A stretch of DNA of 62,545 nucleotides, counting the filler. It is 12 parts of 12 records of this genome, joined end to end, with 100 filler letters (N's around TTAATTAATTAA, not from the genome) between each part and the next. Parts side by side here need not be neighbours in the genome. Positions count along the whole stretch, not along the records: positions 1 to 8,074 come from SRR7504441_18660; 11 more parts are not named here. The stretch is one strand, 5' to 3'. How positions within the stretch are numbered: the stretch's first letter is position 1; every line of letters starts with the position of its first letter. The notes beneath the pieces were generated by a model that saw only the letters and a list, made by a program, of their open reading frames with translations, was not told the DNA's origin and did not search any database. Position numbers and translations under genes: made by a program. Positions 1-8,174 of this stretch are shown piece after piece.

Positions 1-96
1 TACGAACAGCATCATGGCGAAGAACTCGGCAATGGCCATCGACAGGATTCCGTGCGACCCGAGCAGCTGGCGACCGGAGGCGACGGCGAGGGCCAT
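1..96 (-). CDS. Aquaporin/MIP paralogue, 5' fragment (runs off window start)
   Basis: Minus-strand ATG at 96 reads MALAVASGRQLLGSHGILSMAIAEFFAMMLFV. This has the MIP TM1 AEF motif and resembles HGLLRCCLCEFILMLLFV of the adjacent aquaporin. Not in the ORF track. Confidence 0.7.
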   Translation of the reverse strand, partial: MALAVASGRQLLGSHGILSMAIAEFFAMMLFV

Positions 97-231
97 TGCT
101 GCGAAATCTCCTCAACAGCGGCCCTCTCTCTCTAGAGAAAACGGCTGCTCGAGCAATCGCAAGAGAAAAAATAAATAGGCAGAGCTACCGGCAAGGCGTC
201 TGTTGGCGGTTATCGTGAAAGCCTGCAAGAG

Positions 232-1795
232 ATGGCGCGGGTTGGATGGACCAAGCTGAACCCTCATGGACTGCTCCGGTGCTGCCTATGCGAGTTCATC
301 TTGATGCTGCTCTTCGTCTACGTCGGCTGCGGCTCGGCGATGACCAACGCAAGCCTCCCCGGGGGCCACGGCTGACTGGCCGGCAGGGCGTCAGCTACTA
401 CACCTACTTCACGTCGGTCCAATCGGCCGACTGCGCTGTCACCGCGGTTGCGACTGACTCCGACTCCTACCAGTGCGCCGCCACCAACAACCAGCTCTCC
501 GGTGTCCACCCGCTCTGCCGGCCGCCGACTGTGCGACAGGCGACCAATCGCTCGCGTACATTGGGCACAGCGTCAACACCAACCTCAACCCTCGCGTGTT
601 CGAGATCGCGCTCGCCTTCGGGTTTGCCATCATGTCGCTAGTGTTCGCCGGCTGGAACTTGTCCGGCGGGCACATCAACTGCGCTGTGACTACCGCGCTG
701 GTCATTTCAGGGCACTGCGCGGTAGGCTGGCCGCCTGCCACTCGCTCAGAGGCCGGCCGCAGATCGTCGACGGGATCTGCTACATCGTGGCCCAGGTCCT
801 CGGCGCATTTGCTGGGGCCGGCCTGCTTGCGGCCACTATCTCCCCGGACATGGACGCGACAGCTGAAAACTTTGCTACGAACCAAGTCGCCCCGGGATTC
901 TCGACAGGGAACGCTTTCTGCGGCGAGTTCGTGATGACCTTCCTGCTCATGTTCGTCATCTATCACACCGCTGTGGACAACAATTATAAGAACTCCGAAG
1001 CTAAGGAGGACTTTGATGCGGCAGACAAGTTAGGCTGCTCACAAAGCCTGAGGGCCACCCGCGGTGCCGGCCAGCCCGCCAGCCGGCCCTAGCCTCGGGG
1101 GCAGCATACATGCCGGAGGAGCGGCGGTCGGTTTTCACGAACAAGGTGCAGCAGTGGGCGCCGCTGGCGATCGGCATGGCGGTGGCTGGCTGTGCGCTGC
1201 GCGAGAGCTGACAGGCTATCGCAGGTTTTCTGTGCGCACTCTGTATTGATCCCAATCACTGGCTGCTCCATCAACCCGACCCGATCGCTCGGTCCGCTGT
1301 TTGTGGGCGCGATCCGCGGGATGCCCAGCGACCAAGCCTGGAAGCAAATATGGATCTTCTGCGCCGCTCCCACGTACTGAGAGTCGGCCGCTATCGGAAC
1401 TGACCATGCTTTGCAGGGCGGCGGCTGTTGTGGCTGCAGTGCTGTTCCCGCTGATCTGGATGGCTGATGATGACGACGACGAAGCCACCGGCGTGGCTGA
1501 GGAGGTGGGCCCTGGCGGCGGTGTGCCTGGAGATGGCGAGGCTGTCGTCACTATTCAGAACCCAACAGCCAAGAGGGACCCAGCCCTGACGATTTCGATG
1601 GCAAGGGTGAGCAACGATCCCAACAGGGACTCCGTGAAGCAAGCACCCGAATCCCCGGGCCGGGCCGAGTTTGTGCCGGCGCCTGCGATGCCAACGATGG
1701 GAGGGACCGGCAACTTGGAAGTGGTGAATCCGAACGCTCACAACCAGGACGAAGTACTCAGCCCCACCGGCGAAACAGAGATCATCCCGGTTTGA
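232..1795 (+). CDS. Aquaporin (MIP family), 7 exons
   Basis: Introns 349-386 (GC-AG), 502-539, 722-762, 1064-1092, 1182-1224 and 1374-1416 give a continuous frame: CEFILMLLFVYVGCGS, IALAFG, SGGHINCAVT, YIVAQVLGA, GEFVMTFLL, APLAIGMAVFCAH, TGCSINPTRSLGP, WIFCAAP. Confidence 0.9.
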
Positions 1796-2129
1796 TCCCG
1801 ACGAATGATTGACCAGTCCCGGGACCTTCCAGTATTTCTCAATCCATCAACCAGGCCGTGTCAACGACTTCAGTGTTCAGTATTTTACAGTACTTTGCCG
1901 GAACCTCGAGTCTGCAGCACTAGTTATTTAGAATTATTATTAAACCACCATCATATGTATGCGCTCTATGGGCAACTGGGACCATTCGAATTATCGCCAC
2001 TAGAAGCGCGGCCCATGCGGGGCCCCAGGCCGCCCCGGCCAGGCCCTGCACCTGTCAGTGCTGTCAGTGTGCATCTTCAGGATTGAAACGCTCAAAGGGC
2101 CGAAGTTGGAGATCAGCAGCTGAATCAGC

Positions 2130-3877
2130 ATGGGGAGAGGCGGGGCGCCGGGAGACATGGCAACGCCAAGGGAAGGTGCGTCGAGGCCCTGGTTCTCTGG
2201 CGAGAACGTGGAGCGGCTCCCCGAGCGGCTCCCTGGGCTGGGCGACGGCAGCGACTCATTCCTCGTCCGGATCCTCAAGAAGCCGATGGAGGGCGGCAGG
2301 GGGACTGACCACGCCTGGGGCACCTCAAACGACAACCCGCTCTGGCGCCGGTGCGTGTGCGAATTTGTGCTGACCTTCCTCTACGTGTACATTGGCTGCG
2401 GCGCCTCGATGACCAACGTGTCAGCCGGGCCGGCCGGGCGTGACCGGTGTGCAGATGGAGCCTTACTGGACATATGACGTTTCGGGCAATACGAACTGGT
2501 GGGTCACCGCGTCTCAAGCCGGCACCTGCGACATCATCAACCTGAACGCACAGCACAACTACTACCAGTGCACCCCCGAGAACAATCAGCTCTCTGGTCC
2601 CGGCCCACCCCTCAGCCGGCTCAGCGCTCGCAGGTGACCAATCCGCGGAGTGGGCACACCTGACGGCCAACACCAACGCCAACCCGCGCACCTTCGAGGT
2701 CGCGCTCGCGTTCGGGCTCGCGGTGCTGGCGCTGGTGACCGCCGGCTGGAAGATCTCGGGCGGTGAGAACCCTGGTGGTGATCGGCTCACGGGATTGACA
2801 GGACATTTCAACCCCGCCATTACCACCGCGTTGATGGTCTCGAGGCACTGCCCGGTGCGCCCGGCCCGCCACCGACGTGACTGAGTGCGTCGTGCAGCTG
2901 ATCGACGGTGCGTGCTACATCTTTGCTCAGGTGCCGTTCGTGCTTTGGGCTGTCGACTGATTGACTGGGTGCGCAGTTCTGCGGAGCAGTGTTTGGGGCC
3001 TCGATGCTGGCGGCGATGGTCCCGTCGGCCAAGTCTAACCCGGACAACTTTGCGACAAACTATGTGCGGCCGCGGCGCTGACTGGAGCATGAGCCGGAGG
3101 CAGGTCCGCGATGGCTTCACGCTCTTCGAAGGCTTTTTCGGCGAGCTGATCATGACATTCATCCTCATGTTCGTGATGTACCACGTGGCCGTGTACGACA
3201 ACGGCAAGAACGCCGACCCCAGCAACGACTCGTCTGCCAACAAGATGGCCAACGACCTCGGTTTCCCGCACAACTGTTGCTCGATGCTGAAGGACAAGTG
3301 GCCCGAGCCCGGGCAGCGGTCCGAGAAGGCGGCCGCCCGGCCCGATCAGAGCTACTACCCGCGCGAGCGGATGACAGTTTGGACGGCTAAAGTGCATCAG
3401 TGGACCGCAATTTGCCTCGGATTCACGGTGGCTGCCTCTGTCGATTGGCTAACAGGGGAGGGGGCAGGTCTACTGCGCTTACTCCGTCCTGCTCCCGATC
3501 ACGGGGTGCTCGATCAATCCGATGCGCTCGATCGGGGCTCTGGTAGTGGGCAATGTTCGAGGGATGCCTAGCTCAAAGCCGAGCGAACAAATCTGGATCT
3601 TCATCATTGCGCCAGAGTGCGTGCAGCTGCCATAACGGTCGGCTGACCGGAGGGCAGGCTGGCGGCTGTCGGGGCGGCGCTGATCTACCCGTTGCTGTGG
3701 AAGAAGGATGCCAAGCTCTGGGCTTGTACCGAGAGCTATGGCATGGAGCAGTCTCCTATCAGTCCTCAATCGGCCGAGCCCCATGTGGACCCCCCGGAGC
3801 TGCAGATCGAGACCGGCGCTGTCGAGGCTCCCGCGAGTGGCCACGGAGACTTTGGTACCGATAAGGAACAAGAATAG
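2130..3877 (+). CDS. Aquaporin (MIP family), tandem paralogue, at least 9 exons
   Basis: The spliced frame gives CEFVLTFLYVYIGCGAS, VALAFG, SGGHFNPAIT, GELIMTFIL, TGCSINPMRSIG, WIFIIAP. Introns are 37-46 nt, e.g. 2418-2454, 2763-2801, 2931-2976, 3064-3103. The start could be 2130 or 2157. Confidence 0.9.
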
Positions 3878-4157
3878 ATTACGATGCATTATTTTTGAGT
3901 TTGTCACGGTTTGCCTGCAGCGGGCCTGAGAGCTTTGCAGCTGACGTCGACTGATTACGAGCACTCAGTATACACCAGCATTAGCTTAGCCGAGTGTATG
4001 GTATAAAGCCTTTTAGAGTGTATGGTTACGTCTGCAGGCATTCTCTCGCACGGTCAGGAGCGTGTGTCAGGCGGGTTGACGTCCACTGATCAGTCTGATC
4101 TGTTTGACCGCAGCGCCACGCTGACCGGTGGGAGCTGGCCCCTCGGCGCCCACTGCG

Positions 4158-5417
4158 ATGCGGCGGTTGGTGTGCCGCTTGGGCCGTCGAGGCGCGTGCT
4201 CCCAGCCGCCGTCGGCCGCCCCCAAATTCGTCTTCGTGGGTGGCAAAGGCGGCGTCGGCAAGACCACCACGGCGGCGGGGCTGGCCTGGAGCCTGAGCCG
4301 GACTCAACGGACGCTGCTCGTCTCAACAGACCCGGCGCACAGCCTGGCCGACTGCCTATACGGGCACGACAACGATGACCCTGCCCCTGGGGAGCGCCCG
4401 GCCGTCGAGCGGAAGGACCTCAGCGCCCCGGTCCTCGCGTTTGATGAAAGCACCAACCGGCGCCTCTGGGCGTGTGAAATCTCGCCGCAGCGCGCGCTCC
4501 AGGAGCTCCAGGACGGGCTGCAGTTGGACAAGCTGTCCAGCCTGCCGCTCTTCCAGCGGCTGCCGCACGGGCAGCAGCAGCAGCTGGCCGGGGCACTAGG
4601 GGCGTTGAACCTCGCTGAGCTCTTCGACCCACCCCCACCTGGGATGGACGAAGCCGCCGCGCTGGCCAGCCTGCTCCAACTGCAGGCGCGTAACCAGGCG
4701 GCCGCGGCCCGCGGGGAGGCGCCGCTTTATGAGGCCATCGTTGTGGATACCGCTCCCACAGGACACACTCTACGGATGCTTACGTTGCCCCGATTGGTAT
4801 TCGGCTCGCTATCAATGTTGGGATCCATGCTGGGCGGGCTGGACAAGCCAGAGAGCTCGGGCTGGGCCATGTTCAGCAACCCAGCGGCAGCGGTGCGCGA
4901 CAGGCTGGCGAGCACCGTCCGGGGGCTGGTTGGGCTGGACGCTTGGACCGCTGCAATCGGCCAAGCTGAGGCCAAAGTGAGTGAGCTGTCAGCCCGGCTG
5001 GAGGAGCTCCAACGGATGCTCAACGACCCCTCGTGCGCCCAGTTTGTGGTTGTGGCACTCCCCACGCGGTTGGCAGTGCTCGAGACGCGACGGTTGGTGG
5101 CGGAGCTCAGCTCTCGAGGAGTGGAGATGGCGGGTGTGGTGGTTAATCAGATGCCAACCGATGGGATGCCCACCGCAGAAATGGCCCAGCTGCAGGGGCC
5201 TGGCCCGGTGCTGCAGGCTGTGAACCGGCTGAACGCTCAGCAGCGGCAAGGGTTTGAAGAGGCTGAGAGGCACTTGGGGGCGATTGCGGACGCGCTGGAT
5301 GAAAAGACGCAGCTCGTGCAGGTGCCGGTGATCAACGAGCCTGTGTGTGGGCCCCATGGAATTCCGGTGTACGCCCAGCACCTGAGCGGGTTTCTGGACG
5401 CCTCTGGGGCAAACTAA
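4158..5417 (+). CDS. GET3/ArsA-family ATPase with Arg-rich N-terminal extension
   Basis: GGKGGVGKTT P-loop, STDPAHSL switch I, PPPGMDE, DTAPTGHTLRML switch II, ETRRLV and VVVNQ. Single ATPase domain, intronless. Confidence 0.9.
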   Translation: MRRLVCRLGRRGACSQPPSAAPKFVFVGGKGGVGKTTTAAGLAWSLSRTQRTLLVSTDPAHSLADCLYGHDNDDPAPGERPAVERKDLSAPVLAFDESTNRRLWACEISPQRALQELQDGLQLDKLSSLPLFQRLPHGQQQQLAGALGALNLAELFDPPPPGMDEAAALASLLQLQARNQAAAARGEAPLYEAIVVDTAPTGHTLRMLTLPRLVFGSLSMLGSMLGGLDKPESSGWAMFSNPAAAVRDRLASTVRGLVGLDAWTAAIGQAEAKVSELSARLEELQRMLNDPSCAQFVVVALPTRLAVLETRRLVAELSSRGVEMAGVVVNQMPTDGMPTAEMAQLQGPGPVLQAVNRLNAQQRQGFEEAERHLGAIADALDEKTQLVQVPVINEPVCGPHGIPVYAQHLSGFLDASGAN

Positions 5418-5757
5418 TTGTGATGGTGCGGCCTAAGACGAACTTGTGTGATCAATTATGTCAATTATTACAAGTTTGTCATTTAATTTGGTCTCTAGCC
5501 ATTACAAGTAGGCAACAAACTTAATCAATACATAGCTACGAGTACTTGCGCTACTCGGTGCGACCGTGCGACTTTGCCGCCGTTGGCGCCGTTGGTGTGA
5601 TCTGGCTGCACCGATGCAGGGGCCAGGGGGGTGGCACAAAGATGTAGGGAATCTTTCAGTATTAGGTGGGCTCTCTCTTACATCATGTATGTTCATGTTC
5701 ATTTGTAAGAAAGGGCAGTTTCACCACCACGTTGTTTGTTGTTGTTTTATTAAAGTT

Positions 5758-5816
5758 CACACACTCACACTCACACAGTCACTCACACTCACACCCACAC
5801 TCACACTCACACTCAC
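5758..5816. repeat. (CACACT)n microsatellite, about 9 imperfect units
   Basis: cacactcacactcacacagtcactcacactcacacccacactcacactcacactcac, abutting the LPMO stop codon. Confidence 0.9.
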
Positions 5817-6964
5817 AGCAGCTTCACGTTGGCGCAAGAGTTCCACACTTGGGGGGTTTGCTCGGCGTCATAGCGGAACGACAATACGTAGGATCCCGAG
5901 CTCATGTTCAGCGGCACTTGCAGCTGGTCCACAATGGAAAACGGCATAACGTAGGTGCCGTTCAGGAGGCATTGTCCGTACCCGAAAACGCCGGGCGCGG
6001 GTGGTGGGAACTGGTAGCCCCCGGCATGTGAGCAATCTGGGCAGCCCAGGGCAATGTCTCCGCCCGTGGGACCTTTGCAGACCGGCACGGGGTTCTTTGT
6101 CCAGTGGCTGCCTGCTGGCCACGTCCCTTCGCGAGTTCGGTTCGCTTTGAACGCGACACGGGTCGACTCATCTGCACCATACTGCACCCACTGGGTGTCG
6201 CCCACAAAGTCCAGCGCGCCCCGCTCGAAGCATTCCTCAGTCAAGCCCATGCGCCCCCCAGCCTCGGGGAGCTTGCACAGGCGGTACGAGTAGCCACCCC
6301 CGTGGTTCGCCCAGATGCCCCACGCCACATCGACGACGCTGCCTCGCTGCCACTCGGTCTCCACGACATCCCGGAATCTGTAAATGCGCGCGTCTGGCCC
6401 AAAGCCGTAGCCCCCATCTGTTGTCTGCTGCATGAGGCCACCGTCCACGTCCACGAGCTTTGCCGATTCCGTGAACAGCTCACCACTGAGAGCGGTGAAA
6501 CCGCGACCATTGCCACCTGCGACGCCGCAGGGACTCTGCAGGGGGGCGCGCCCCGGGGCCCGCCAAGGCATCCGCCTGGTGAGGTCCACAGTGCCTTCTG
6601 TGGGCAGCGGTTGGTTGAGAAAGCCACCTGAGATGAGCTCAGGCATGAAATTCTGGTACCCGAGCACGTTCTTCATGCTCTTGAGATCCGCTTGGGTCGC
6701 ATCTTGCCACGTGCGCAGCGAGGGGTCCAGCGTCGATCGGTTGACCCATGTGTAGTTGTTGAACCACGCCAGCGCGCTGGTGGAGCCCGGGCCGACGATC
6801 CGAAGCCCACACTTATTCTGTTCGCAGCCTAGCACCCGCTGCCAGCCGTACGACATGCCGACGTTGCCGCCCGCATCGCTCCACGAAGGAGGCTTGAGCA
6901 TGGCGACGTGGCCTGACGCTGCGCGAACGGCGCACAGGGCGAGGAAAAATCGCATAGCAGACAT
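5813..6964 (-). CDS. Secreted lytic polysaccharide monooxygenase-like protein (His-brace, AA15/chitin-binding type-4-like)
   Basis: Signal peptide MRFFLALCAVRAASG is followed directly by His1 (HVAMLKPP). Second His in WANHGGGYSYRLC, then TEECF and C-terminal VLSFRYDAEQTPQVWNSCANV. Intronless; start at 6955 or 6964. Confidence 0.8.
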   Translation of the reverse strand: MSAMRFFLALCAVRAASGHVAMLKPPSWSDAGGNVGMSYGWQRVLGCEQNKCGLRIVGPGSTSALAWFNNYTWVNRSTLDPSLRTWQDATQADLKSMKNVLGYQNFMPELISGGFLNQPLPTEGTVDLTRRMPWRAPGRAPLQSPCGVAGGNGRGFTALSGELFTESAKLVDVDGGLMQQTTDGGYGFGPDARIYRFRDVVETEWQRGSVVDVAWGIWANHGGGYSYRLCKLPEAGGRMGLTEECFERGALDFVGDTQWVQYGADESTRVAFKANRTREGTWPAGSHWTKNPVPVCKGPTGGDIALGCPDCSHAGGYQFPPPAPGVFGYGQCLLNGTYVMPFSIVDQLQVPLNMSSGSYVLSFRYDAEQTPQVWNSCANVKLL

Positions 6965-7020
6965 TGCGGCAAATCCTAGCCGGCCGCGGCCGTTGGTGTG
7001 CATGTGATCTGGCTGCACCG

Positions 7021-7674
7021 ATGCAGGGGGCCAACTCGCTGGTGACGGTACTCAACCGGTCCGATTCGTTCAAGCAGCGGCAGCGGCGGGCACGCGAGCA
7101 GCAGAACCTGCAGGGGTGCCCCGCCGGCCCGGCCGCCGGCCACCCGGGGGGCAGGCACACCGGGCGGCACTGTGAGGTCTGCCACCAGTTCGACATGCTG
7201 CCTTCAGAGTGCCAGATCTGCCACCACTACTTTTGCATGGAGCACCAGCCGGCCGCAGCCCACGGGTGCTCCCGTTACTCTCGCCGGCTGCCGGTCTGCC
7301 CAGTGTGCAACAAGGCGGTGATGCTGCCGGCCGGGTGTACGGAGGATGAGGCCATGGACCGGCACATCAGTAGTGGGTGCACCGTTGGGCTGCGGGAGGA
7401 GGTGCAGAAGGCCCGGGAGGAGAGCTCGAGATGTGCGTACGGCAAAGGCAAGAAGCGCTGCAAGGACAAGTCCCTGATCAAAATCGAGTGCCCGACCTGC
7501 CGGCTGCAGTTTTGCATCAAACATAGAAGCCCAAAGAGCCACAAGTGCAAAGGCCCGCCCGAGCTGAAGCGAGTGCGGTCCCGGGGGCAGCTCAGCCGGC
7601 AGCTGACTAACGACCTGGTCCGTGTGGCTTCTGACCACAGCCTAGGCTCACCCACGCGAACTCGAAGCCGATAG
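7021..7674 (+). CDS. Double AN1-type zinc finger protein (ZFAND2/AIRAP-like)
   Basis: AN1 motifs GRHC..C.QFDMLP..C..C...FC.EH.....HGC and C..C.LQFCIKHR....HKC, with a central CPVC...HISSGC module. Confidence 0.85.
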   Translation: MQGANSLVTVLNRSDSFKQRQRRAREQQNLQGCPAGPAAGHPGGRHTGRHCEVCHQFDMLPSECQICHHYFCMEHQPAAAHGCSRYSRRLPVCPVCNKAVMLPAGCTEDEAMDRHISSGCTVGLREEVQKAREESSRCAYGKGKKRCKDKSLIKIECPTCRLQFCIKHRSPKSHKCKGPPELKRVRSRGQLSRQLTNDLVRVASDHSLGSPTRTRSR

Positions 7675-8074
7675 TTCTTATTATGACCACTGTTCAAATT
7701 ACTTTCATATGCCTATCAATCACTTCTTCGAGGCCTGCGTTCGAGCGCCGCCCTTTCGATGATTCGATTCAAACACGTAATCAAAAGTCTATCATATGAA
7801 TATATTCAAAAAGTCGCAATTGAGCTAAACATGTACTCATCACGCTGATGCTTGCGCATTGCGAGAGCAGAATGAGCCCAGGGCTCACATCGTCTTGTCA
7901 GGATCGGCCTCGTCCACGTCATGCCGCGGCTTCCTGGCTACTGCACGCGGCGAACGCTTGGCACCGCTTGCCGTTGTCTCCAAGGTGGCGTCGGGGGTGG
8001 GTGCCGCGTCCACTGGCGCAGCAGGGTGCCGGCCAAAGTCCTCGGCGTGCCCGGGCTCCACGTCCTCGTCCCGG

Positions 8075-8174
8075 NNNNNNNNNNNNNNNNNNNNNNNNNN
8101 NNNNNNNNNNNNNNNNNNTTAATTAATTAANNNNNNNNNNNNNNNNNNNNNNNNNNNNNNNNNNNNNNNNNNNN
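8075..8174. other. Artificial contig-joining spacer (first of 11)
   Basis: N44-TTAATTAATTAA-N44, with stops in all six frames. Identical spacers start at 11933, 19077, 25217, 28711, 37473, 40739, 44004, 47474, 50616 and 56794. Confidence 0.98.

Noticed and set aside
232-3877. In-frame stops and frameshifts suggesting pseudogenes or a reassigned genetic code
   Set aside because: Every break examined is resolved by a short GT/GC-AG intron, and TAA, TAG and TGA all end genes normally.
4158-5417. Horizontally acquired bacterial ars operon
   Set aside because: Single-domain GET3-like protein; no arsR/B/C/D or acr3 on the contig.
5758-5816. (CACACT)n as telomeric repeat or His-Ser/Thr-Leu repeat protein
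   Set aside because: It is short, imperfect, internal and lies in the LPMO 3' UTR. The overlapping ORFs are incidental.
8075-8174. Regularly recurring TTAATTAATTAA palindrome within N runs
   Set aside because: It is an artificial six-frame-stop linker. Genes on different sides of it are not neighbours, so no cross-contig clusters were inferred.
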